The translations under genes were made by a program, and so were the position numbers. Positions 21,891 to 31,772 of a DNA stretch of 31,772 nucleotides are shown piece by piece. The notes below the pieces were generated by a model, which made no database searches, had not been told where the DNA came from, and worked only from the letters and a program-made list of their open reading frames with translations. The DNA is taken from the NCBI RefSeq assembly GCF_006345805.1, contig NW_021832168.1, positions 1 through 31,772 on the forward strand, read 5' to 3'. Source of the DNA: Octopus sinensis (Eukaryota). Positions within the stretch are counted from its first letter, which is position 1; every line of letters starts with the position of its first letter.

Positions 21891-21920
21891 CATATATATG
21901 TGTGTGTATACACACACACG

Positions 21921-21994
<74 letters not shown>

Positions 21995-22011
21995 ATATAT
22001 ATATATATATA

Positions 22012-23287
22012 CGAGGGGCGTTCAATAAGTACTGCCTCTGACCCACTTGCAGTTGTCTGAAATTTTGCATGTGCAATTATCTATATCTCTATAGATTAAG
22101 TGGTAAATTACAGCTCTGAATTAATTGTGGTTTCTGATTTACAGGTGTTTGAACCGAGTCAAGTGTGAAATGGAGCCTGTTGAGTGTCGAGCAGTGATCC
22201 GGTTTTTATATTTGAAAGGACGCACACCACGGGAGACTTTTGATGAAATGAAAGTAATGATGATGCCCCATCATATGACCTTGTAAAACGCTGGCATTGT
22301 GAATTCAAACATGGTCGGAACTCTGTGGAAACAGCTCCCAGATCTGGTCGCCCCCTACTGCTATTGATGAGGCATCTGTCCATCAAGTTGAGGCTGCCAT
22401 TTTGGAAGATCGACGCATAACTATTCGCCAAATAGCCCATGAGGTCAAGATTAGTACCGGGTCTGTAGAAACCAATCATTCATGACCATTTGCATATGCA
22501 AAAGGTGTCTGCCAGATGGATTCCCAGGTTGCTCACACCTTTCCGGAAGCAAGAACGCGTCGAGTGCTCGAGGATGAATTTGGAGATGTGCCAAGAAGAT
22601 GAGTCAACATTTTTCAAAAGACTGATTACACAGGATGAAACCTGGGTCCATCACTATGATCCAGAGACAAAAGCCCAGTCAATGCAGTGGAAGCACCGTG
22701 ACTCACCTCCTCCAAAGAAGGCAAGGGTGCAGCCCTCCACTAGCAAGGTCATGCTCATAGTCTTCTGGGACCAGGACGGAGTAGTGATGACAGATTTCCT
22801 GGAAAAGGGCACCACAATTACAGGAGCCTATTATGCTTCACTTTTGATGAAATTAAGAGAAGCTATCAAAATCAAGACGCGGGGCAAGATCAGCAAAGGC
22901 ATCCTCCTCTTGCAGGACAACGCTCCGGTCCACAACTCGCGTGTCGCCAGATGAGAAGCACAGGCGTGCGGCTATGAACTCCTCCCCCATGCCCCTACTC
23001 TCTTGACCTTGCACCCTCGGACTTTCACCTCTTCCCAGCCATGAAGTTGTTTTTGAAAGGAAAACGTTTCCCAGATGATGCAGCCTTGATTTCTGAAGTC
23101 ACGTCGTGGTTGGAGGACCAAGCTGGGGTCTTCTACAAAAACGGTCTCCAGAGCTGCATCAAACGATGGGAGAAATGCGTAACTCTGGGTGGTTCCTATG
23201 TAGAAAAAGACTAATAACTGTGCCAAGTTTCGTTGCTCTACTGCTATGGGAAGTGGGTCATGGGCATTACTTATTGAACGCCCCTCG
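22012..23287 (+). mobile_element. Mariner (Tc1/mariner, DD34D) full-length element, 1276 bp
   Basis: TIRs CGAGGGGCGTTCAATAAGTA(C/A)TGCC, 24/25 identical; TA on both sides, inside a (TA)n run. Confidence 0.97.
22170..23214 (+). pseudogene. Mariner transposase pseudogene
   Basis: MEPVECRAVIRFL...WIPRLL...TQDETW...LLQDNAP...YSLDLAPSDFHLF...GGSYVEKD*. 34 residues between D2 and D3 after correcting a -1 shift. Four frameshifts (about 22257, 22355, 22474, 22992) and a TGA at 22952. Confidence 0.95.
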
Positions 23288-23416
23288 TATATATATATAT
23301 ACTATTTCATTGTAAGAAAAAAATTTATAATATTCTTCAGACATATTGACTTAAAAATATATATTCTTTAACCTTATAAAACAAGCCTTCTGTAGTTTTT
23401 TCACTTTTTACTATTT

Positions 23417-23466
<50 letters not shown>

Positions 23467-24370
23467 CATATATATATATATACATACATATATTTACAGA
23501 TAAATTCCTTTATTTACCTAATATCGAAGTCTCATTCATTCTTTTGTTGTCATACTATTACTATTAATGTGTATATATATATATATACACGCACACACAT
23601 ATACACACACACACATATATATATACGTGTATACCCGTGTATAATATATTCCATCCATATTAACATCTAATCTCCTCCATTTACGAAAAATATGATTGAC
23701 TTTATTGAACTGTTTTATAAGTTAAATCCTACTCCACCCAATATACTTAAATATAGAACCAAATGTTTAATTCATTATCATTCTTCTGCTCGCCTTCAAC
23801 CCAGTCGGTTATTCCCGGAGATTTTAAGGTGGTAATACTGTCTTTTGGCGTCTATTTTTCCCAACGCGTAGAGAGGCACATAGCCAAAATCCTTCTTATA
23901 ATTTTGTATGTAATTATAAAATATTTGTAAAGTTTACCTATAAGGTTTTTATTTCCGCGCTGACCCCCTGGTAAAATCATTAATGATTTTTACCCTTTAT
24001 TATAATTAATATTTGAAAAGTTATATATATATATATATATATATATAAAGAATATATATATATACACACACACATACATAGATGCATAAATACATACACA
24101 CTCGTGTACATACATACACGCATGTGTGCATATGTGCATGTATATATTAGCTTAGTTTTTCCTTGGGTCTGCCCAGATAGGAGCAATCTCAAGTATAATC
24201 ACCCGAAATTGTGAAGATAATCAGGTACTTGACTGACGAAAGAAAACTTCGAATGACCCGTCCTTGTTTTCTTTGTATCGTCTATCTGGGTATTTTGTTG
24301 TCCCGTTTTTCTATCACCTAACTGTATGGACGTTTTGCGTTCTTGTCCCATTTTGTATTATATATATATA

Positions 24371-24767
24371 CTAGCAGTATCGCCCGGCGTTGCTCGGGTT
24401 TGTTTTTCGACCCTTTCGAATTGGAATTTTTGAAAAGTAAAAGTTTTCCATTATGTAGCTTGTTATTCTCTTTAAGTGAACATTTTTCTGGTTGAAATAC
24501 ACCGAAAAATGGCGACACAGCAGTCAAAAAATCGTAAAAAATAGGGATTTTCATAAAAAAATAAGCACCTTTTTGATGTAAATAATTTTTGGTGTTAAAA
24601 TGGTCCGATTTGAATTTTTTCTTCTACGGAAGGAAGAGCAAGCCATCTTCTATCATACTCTCAATTTTGGTCAACTTGTGCCACAGGGTCTCGGAGGAGA
24701 TAGTGTTAGTTGAAGGCTACCAAACCTGCCATACACAGACAACTTCAGCTTTGTATATAGAGAAAGA
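24371..24767 (-). mobile_element. Non-autonomous Helitron, copy 2
   Basis: Same hairpin, CTAG end and body as 17091-17488. Confidence 0.8.
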
Positions 24768-24848
24768 TTTGTCCGTGAACGCTGCCGAATACGCGTGCGC
24801 GCGCGTTTGTGTTCGACTGACGGCGCTGTTGGGTAGAAGATGTATATG

Positions 24849-24923
<75 letters not shown>

Positions 24924-24984
24924 TCCCTTACAGGACTGTCACGTTAGGTTGACAGTATACGACCACTCTCTGTCTCTCTCTCTC

Positions 24985-25160
24985 TCTCTGTATATATATT
25001 ATATATATATATATATACAAAGCTGAAGTTGTCTGTGTATGGCAGGTTTGGTAGCCTTCAACAAACACTATCTCCTCCAAGACCCTGCGGTGCAAGTTGA
25101 CCAAAATTGAGAGTATGATAGAAGAAGGCTTGCTCTTCCTTCTGTAGAAGATAAAATTCA
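24985..25160 (+). mobile_element. Helitron copy 3, 5' fragment
   Basis: tc...tatatacaaagctgaagttgtctgtgt...gaagataaattcaa is the reverse complement of about 24607-24760; no 3' hairpin or CTAG. Confidence 0.75.
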
Positions 25161-25544
25161 ATTCTTCGTGTGTCGGCGTCCATGCTCGCACCTGCACCTG
25201 TCTTGCTCCTCCCCTTCTTTCCCTCCCTCGTGATGCTGTGGGGAAGGGGAGGGGAAAAGCACACGTCGTAAGCGTTGCCAAGGAGACCACCGTTCTTCTC
25301 GAAGAACGACTTCATGGCTTTGAAGTCGCCATGCTCAAAGCAGAGAATGGCTAGGAAAGCCGAAGACGAATTTACCAAATGGGGAAACACGCCACACAAA
25401 GGCAGGTTTCCCGTGCAAAGAATTGGCACAACCGAATGTATTTTGTATTTATTAGTTGTTGCACAACTTTTACATAAAAAATATTAACCAAACACAAACT
25501 TTTGAAGACAATAAAAAGGCAAACTTACTACTATATAGTAGCCC

Positions 25545-25725
25545 TTTGGCTGCTATTTCTAAAATCTTCGGTATGTGGTCAAGCAACTTGTTGCAAAAAC
25601 CCTTATTATTATAATTACATAAGTTTTTCACCGAATATGGTCTTTTTCCATACCGAAATACTACTAGTTGAAATTTGTTGATTTTATTAAATTAATTATA
25701 TTTCACCCTATATCTGTAATGATAT
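25545..25725 (+). mobile_element. Unclassified repeat, same family as 28636-28820
   Basis: ggctgctatttctaaaatcttcggtatgtggtcaagcaa...atggtctttttccatacc aligns with 28660-28810. Confidence 0.6.
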
Positions 25726-25740
25726 ATATATATATATAGT

Positions 25741-26048
<308 letters not shown>

Positions 26049-26051
26049 TAT

Positions 26052-26124
<73 letters not shown>

Positions 26125-26659
26125 AAATTCAACCATCCGTAAACACGTAAGGAAATAATCCCAATCTAGTCCTTTCCCTCTAGGGAACGAAGGCGCATCT
26201 GTAGGTTGCAATGTCTTCTCTTCACTCCCAAATAACTATCAAACAGCTATCGATAATTCAACCCAACCAATTGCGTCCCCTAGACAGTCTGTGGTTTGTG
26301 TTTAATACACAAATCGGTTTGCTATGTGTGTCACATATGATTTAATTAACCGATTTTTTCCAGTAATAAAGTATCATATTGGAATAAAAAGGGCCATATA
26401 GCTCCTTGGACCAGACATGATGCTCGCGGTGAATGTTTTAAAAAAATCCTGCCAATTTGTGAAAGATATTGTCGAAAATATGTCATCTTGAATTTGAACG
26501 CGATTTCCCAAAATGGCATGATTTTATTGATTTTTTCTGATGGTATGGTATTGCATGGAAAACTAACGTCAGAATTAAGTTTCTTAGGGTAACGTTAAGC
26601 TTCACCATGAGTTTGGTGAAAATTGATTGCAAGTTGCGAAAACTACAACAGAAAATGTG

Positions 26660-26888
26660 TTGCATATAAAAAGCTTAGATTCTCGACCCCATGTCGAATT
26701 TATCGATTTTTTTCAGAACTGGGGGAACTTTTCAAAATTTTCGCTGCGTTAGTTTTGAATTATGACATTGGGCTATGTGTGTGTCAAGTTTCATCAGAAT
26801 CGGTTGAAAGCCGTGGTCAGGGTCAGGGTACAACCTGACAGACACACAGACACACAGACAGACAAACTGCCGTTTATATATAGAGAGA
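26660..26888 (-). mobile_element. Helitron-like non-autonomous element, second family, 5' part
   Basis: The minus strand starts A|TCTCTCTATATATAAACGGCAGTTTGTCTGTCTGTGT; I could not locate a 3' hairpin or CTAG. Confidence 0.45.
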
Positions 26889-26950
26889 TATGCATACACA
26901 CACATATATATATATATACACGTCCATACATACATACATACATACATACA

Positions 26951-26981
<31 letters not shown>

Positions 26982-27020
26982 GTATGTGTGTATGTATATA
27001 TATATATATACATATGTATG

Positions 27021-27063
<43 letters not shown>

Positions 27064-27120
27064 CATACCCATACATATAAATATATGTGTGTGTGTATAT
27101 ATATATATATATTGTTTATG

Positions 27121-27375
27121 GGGAGATGCGTGGCTTAGTGGTTAGGGTGTCAGTACCATGATCGTAAGATTGTGGTTTCGATTCCTGGACCGGGCGACGC
27201 GTTGTGTTCTTGAACAAAAGACTTCATTTCACGTTGCTCCAGTCCACTCAGCTGGCAAAAATGAGTAACGCTCCGATGGACTGGCTTCCCGTCCAGCTGG
27301 GGAACACATACACCATTGAAACCAGGAAACCGGATCCCTGAGCCTGGCTAGGCTTTAAAAGGGCGCATTTATTTA
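27121..27375 (+). mobile_element. tRNA-derived SINE family C
   Basis: A-box TGGCTTAGTGG 27131, B-box GGTTTCGATTCC 27174, gatggactggcttcccgtccag core, (TTTA)n tail. Confidence 0.88.
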
Positions 27376-27384
27376 TTATTATAT

Positions 27385-27386
27385 AT

Positions 27387-27441
<55 letters not shown>

Positions 27442-27458
27442 GATAGATAGATAGATAA

Positions 27459-27545
<87 letters not shown>
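27385..27545. repeat. (CA)n + (GATA)n microsatellite
   Basis: Direct reading. Confidence 0.97.
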
Positions 27546-27546
<1 letters not shown>

Positions 27547-27619
27547 ATGCATACATATATTCATAGATACATGTTGTAACACAAACACACATCTGTTTAT
27601 TGATTCTCGACTGTCCGGG

Positions 27620-27765
27620 GAAAGGAATTTCGGAAAATTCCCATTGTTTGGCTTTGCTTCCTCTTAACTTTCAGAGAAATGGATATTTTTAAATGAAATT
27701 TCCTGCAGATACCTTTCAGATGGTGTAAATTAGGACTGTATCGGAATTTAAGGTGAAAAATAAAA
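27620..27765 (-). mobile_element. Unclassified repeat, inverted partner of 29065-29215
   Basis: ttggctttgcttcctcttaactttcagagaaatggat...tacctttcagatggtgt is the reverse complement of 29090-29180. Confidence 0.6.
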
Positions 27766-27888
27766 CTGCTGGCCACGTACCCATACATACCGACACACAT
27801 CACAATTTTCTTCGAAATTCCAAACTTCATTTTGTAGATTTTAAGTAACGTGTGTCACTATGTACGCATGCGCACCCCTTTTATTTAT

Positions 27889-28092
27889 TTATTCTTTTAC
27901 TTGTTTCAGTCATTTGACTGCGGTCATACTAGGGCACCACCGCCTTTAGTCGAACAAATCGAGGCCAAGACTTATTATTTGTAAGCCTAGTACCTATTTT
28001 ATCTCTTCCTTTTGCCGAACCGCTAAGTTACCGGGACTTAAACTCATCAATAGCGGTTGTCAAGCGATGGTCGGGGAAAAACACAGACACAA

Positions 28093-28153
<61 letters not shown>

Positions 28154-28433
28154 CACACACACAAACACACATACATACACACACACACATATATGATGAG
28201 TGACTATATTTAAATTGAATTGATTTTATAGTTGTCAATTGGGAAATATAGCCGCGAAACACGTGTAGTCTATTTACTAATTATATACTATTTATTTATT
28301 ATTTAGTACTTTATTTAGTTTTAGGTAAATGTTTTATCGTATCTTTAATTTTTTTTCTATATGGTATGATTTAAGTATATCACTGTTGAATTGCTTCATG
28401 GTGGTCTTCTTTAATTTATATACATATATACAT

Positions 28434-28494
<61 letters not shown>

Positions 28495-28808
28495 GATATA
28501 TATATTATATATATATATATATATACTTTATAATTAGGGTTCAGCAAAGATTTGCTTCACCACATACCGAAGTTAGAAATAGCAGTCAAAAACCTTAGCT
28601 ATTTCTTCTACTTTAAAATGATCTCCTAGAAAAACTAAAGTAGAAGAATAGCTAAGGTTTTTGACTGCTATTTCTAAACTTCGGTATGTGGTGAAGCAAA
28701 TCTTTGCTGAACCCTAATTATAAAGTATTACTTAAGCTACCATGAAATGGTCTTTTCATGCCAAATTCTACTTGGTGAATTACTTTTACTTAATAATTTT
28801 ACCCTTTG

Positions 28809-28853
<45 letters not shown>

Positions 28854-29032
28854 CTATATATATATATAAACGACGAGCTTCTTTCAGTTTCCGCCCACCA
28901 AATCCACTCACAAGGCTTTGGTCGGCCTGGGCTGTAGTAGAAGACACTTGCCCAAGGTGCCACGCAGTGGAACTGAACCTAGAACCATGTGGTAGGGAAG
29001 CAAGCTTCGTACCACACAGCCACCTCTGTGCC
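27889..29032 (-). mobile_element. SINE family A, halves separated by an expanded interior with nested sequence
   Basis: 3' half at 27889-28095 and 5' half at 28868-29032, in the same orientation and correct order. Confidence 0.65.
28523..28728. repeat. 93-bp head-to-head inverted duplication, 20-nt spacer
   Basis: 28523-28615 versus 28636-28728 differ only by two single-T indels. Confidence 0.9.
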
Positions 29033-29311
29033 TATTTATTTATTTATTTATTTATTTATTTATTTCATATCAAATTCCGATATTATTGTAATCCACACCA
29101 TCTGAAAGGTATTTAAAGGAAATTGTAGTAAAAATAAAAATCCATTTTTCTGAAAGTTATGAGGAAACAAAGCCAACTCGTATGAATTTTCCGAAACTTC
29201 TCACCCGCGCCTGGGATTTTTGTTGTTTTTTCTTTTGCAACAGATTCCAATATTATTGGAGTCTACACAATCTGAAGCTCATTTGTGAAATAATTCTTTA
29301 AAAGAAAAACC

Positions 29312-30032
29312 GGCGCAGGCGTGGCGGTGTGGTAATAAGTTTACTTCCAAGCACATGGTTCAGAGTTCAGCCCCATTGCGTGGCACCTTCTACTATAGCC
29401 TCGGGCCAACCAAAGCTTTGTGACGGATTTGGTAGACGGAAACTGAACAGAAGGCCGTCGTATATACGTATATACGTATATATATTGTTTGTTCCTTCTG
29501 AAGCCATGCCTGGCTCATAAGGGCCGGTTTCTCGGTTTCCTTGGCATATAGGTTCCCCACCTGGACGGGACGCCGGTCCGTCGCAGGTGAGCTGCAAGAC
29601 GCAGGAGGAAAGAGTGAGAGAAAGTTGTGGCGAAAGAGTTAGCAGAAGTTCACCATTACCTTCTGCCGGAGCCGCGTGGAGCTTAGGTGTTTCGCTCATA
29701 AACACACACATCGCTCGGTCTGAGATTCGAACCCGCGATCCCTCGACTGCGAGTTCGCTGGTCTAACCACTAGGCATTGTGCCTCTACTAAATATGTGTG
29801 TGTGTGTGTGGTGTGTGTGTCTTTATGTCGGTATTTGTCCCCCACCACAGCTTGACAACCGGTGTTGGTGTGTTTACGTCCCCGTAACTTAGCAGTTCGG
29901 CAAAACAGACTGATTGAATAAGTACCAAGCTTAAGAAATGAGTACTGGAGTTCACTCATTTGACAATAAAAAAAAATTCAAGGTAGTGTTTCAGCATGGC
30001 CACAGACTAAGACTGAAAACACGATAAAAGAT
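29312..30032 (+). mobile_element. SINE family A interrupted by a family C SINE
   Basis: 5' half 29312-29465; 3' half 29795-30032. Confidence 0.8.
29485..29785 (-). mobile_element. tRNA-derived SINE family C
   Basis: Minus head gaggcacaatgcctagtggttag, B-box GGTTCGAATCT, gacggaccggcgtcccgtccagg core. Confidence 0.88.
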
Positions 30033-30073
30033 CATTTTTTCAGAAAGTTATGAGGAAACAAAGTCGATGAGGC

Positions 30074-30225
30074 CACTTGCGTAGCTAGAGTGTGTGCCTC
30101 CCCGGGGAAGGGGCATCCGTTTGCCGCCTACGGACCCCCCAAAAAATATATTGCCAACTGTAGACTCAAAAGTGCCGCCTGGGGCGGACCGCCCTTACTG
30201 CCCCCTCCCGCCAGCTACGTTAGTG
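30074..30225 (+). mobile_element. hAT-type MITE, 152 bp
   Basis: 13-bp TIRs CACTTGCGTAGCT / AGCTACGTTAGTG (2 mismatches); exact 8-bp TSD GATGAGGC at 30066-73 and 30226-33. Confidence 0.85.
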
Positions 30226-31249
30226 GATGAGGCACACTTGCGTAGGGAAGCCCTCAGCTAAACACTTGTAGTTACTCAATAACAGCCATTCGTCACTTTT
30301 ATGGTTGTTATAAGTTTCGTGACAAATCTGTTGTCCCTTACACACACACACACACTGTATCCCTCTTATAAAGAGAAATAGAGAGACTCTGAAAAGCAGT
30401 TCGCTCTTCTCCATATTGATCTGTTTACTGTAAACTCTTCAATAAATGGTTATCATCGTAGTTTTTAATTTTCACTTTGAGCTTTATTCGTGGCAGCAGC
30501 GAGCAACGGAGGCGGTAAAAGATGGCGGCGAGGGAGAAACGACGCGAACGAGTTGAGTTTGTAAGGTGGAGAGTTTTATCGGAGGAAGGCGGAGGGAGGC
30601 GGAGTTAGACGTAATGATGCGGAAGGAGGCGGAACGAAACGGAATGAAGGAAGAAGATGGCAAACGCAGGATAGAATGAGGGGAGGGGCGAAAGCTACGA
30701 AATAAAAGCAAAAAATATTTAAAAAAAAAAAAGGAAAGAGGCGGGGATGGAAGACAAAAATGGCAAAAATATACAATAAAATAGAAATAAAATGAAATAG
30801 AAGCGAACTCTAAGCTAATGGTGGACAGTTTCAGTGAATAGGAATGTAATCGGTGTAAGAAAGCAAGAAGCACGTAAGTTGTAAGACGGACAGTTTCCCT
30901 ACGTGACCATTGTCCTTCATTTTGGCGCAGTTTCTTGACCGGCCCTCATTTTCTAATTGCATTCGATGAAATAAAATCTTCAGTTTTCATTTCCCATCTT
31001 TATATCCTGTTCTTGCAATTCTTTTTTTTTTCCAATGATTTTGTATACTTTTCTTCTTCTCTTTTTCTTTTCTTTTTGCACAAAAGTTTAAGAAGAATTG
31101 GACCAGTTTGTTCGCTTTTATTTTTTATTGATTGTATTTTTGTTTGTGTTTCTCCAGTCTTTTTCAACAATCTTTTCAATTATATTTACTTCGTCTTCAC
31201 TAAACTCATTCTCTGTAGCTCTATCTTCTCTGAAGTTACTGTCTGTCGA

Positions 31250-31250
31250 C

Positions 31251-31307
<57 letters not shown>

Positions 31308-31310
31308 ACC

Positions 31311-31362
<52 letters not shown>

Positions 31363-31470
31363 TTATCTTTCTATCTGTCTATCTATCTATCTATTTATCT
31401 TTCTATCTGTCTATCTACCTGTCTGTCTGTCTATATATTTATCTATCTATACATCTATTTATCTATCCCT
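31250..31470. repeat. (TCTA)n compound microsatellite
   Basis: Direct reading. Confidence 0.96.
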
Positions 31471-31599
31471 TTTGATCGAAATTTTATTTTTATCCGTTTT
31501 CTTTCTTCAAAAGAAAAGCTCTATATTGTATTTTATCCCCTCTGTGTTCGGCCCTGTGTAGCTAATAAAGACAGATATCTATTGTATCTCTATCTATCT

Positions 31600-31607
31600 A
31601 CACAGAC

Positions 31608-31700
<93 letters not shown>

Positions 31701-31772
31701 TAGATATATATATGTATGTATATCTATCTATCTATCTATTTATCTCTCTATCTATCTGTCTGTCTGTTTGTC
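31600..31772. repeat. (GATA)n then (TCTA/TCTG)n microsatellite
   Basis: Direct reading. Confidence 0.96.

Noticed and set aside
24233-24265. CTGACGA-AAG-AAAA-CTT-CGAAT as a hammerhead
   Set aside because: GAAA is broken (GAAT) and stems I and III are not recoverable; at most a dead remnant.
26785-26800. Minus-strand CTGATGA inside the Helitron-like element
   Set aside because: Followed directly by AAC with no stem II; a chance heptamer.

Overview
Eukaryotic, non-genic, repeat-saturated DNA. The SINE families and extreme microsatellite load resemble a coleoid cephalopod, probably Octopus (inference from recalled repeat sequences, not a search). I find no host protein-coding exon. Nearly all long ORFs in the track are translated microsatellites. 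Supported content: a full-length but broken DD34D mariner with intact TIRs (22012-23287); a Penelope-type GIY-YIG endonuclease remnant (12088-12444); a deleted R4/Dong-like RLE LINE between tetranucleotide repeats (10405-11510); an RTE 3' fragment; three tRNA-derived SINE families; non-autonomous Helitrons; a Tc2/pogo-like element with nested MITEs; a hAT MITE with an 8-bp TSD; and several foldback elements. The best signal is a set of Type I hammerhead-ribozyme motifs in short Penelope-like termini. One (3053-3154) folds into a complete hammerhead with an unusually long cUUCGg-capped stem II. Two others occur as head-to-head inverted pairs (5221-5710, 21575-21793), and a third family shows the same inverted geometry without a ribozyme (28523-28728). 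Hammerheads in Penelope termini are known in general. Whether these cephalopod families, or their activity, are undescribed needs a database search and cleavage assays.
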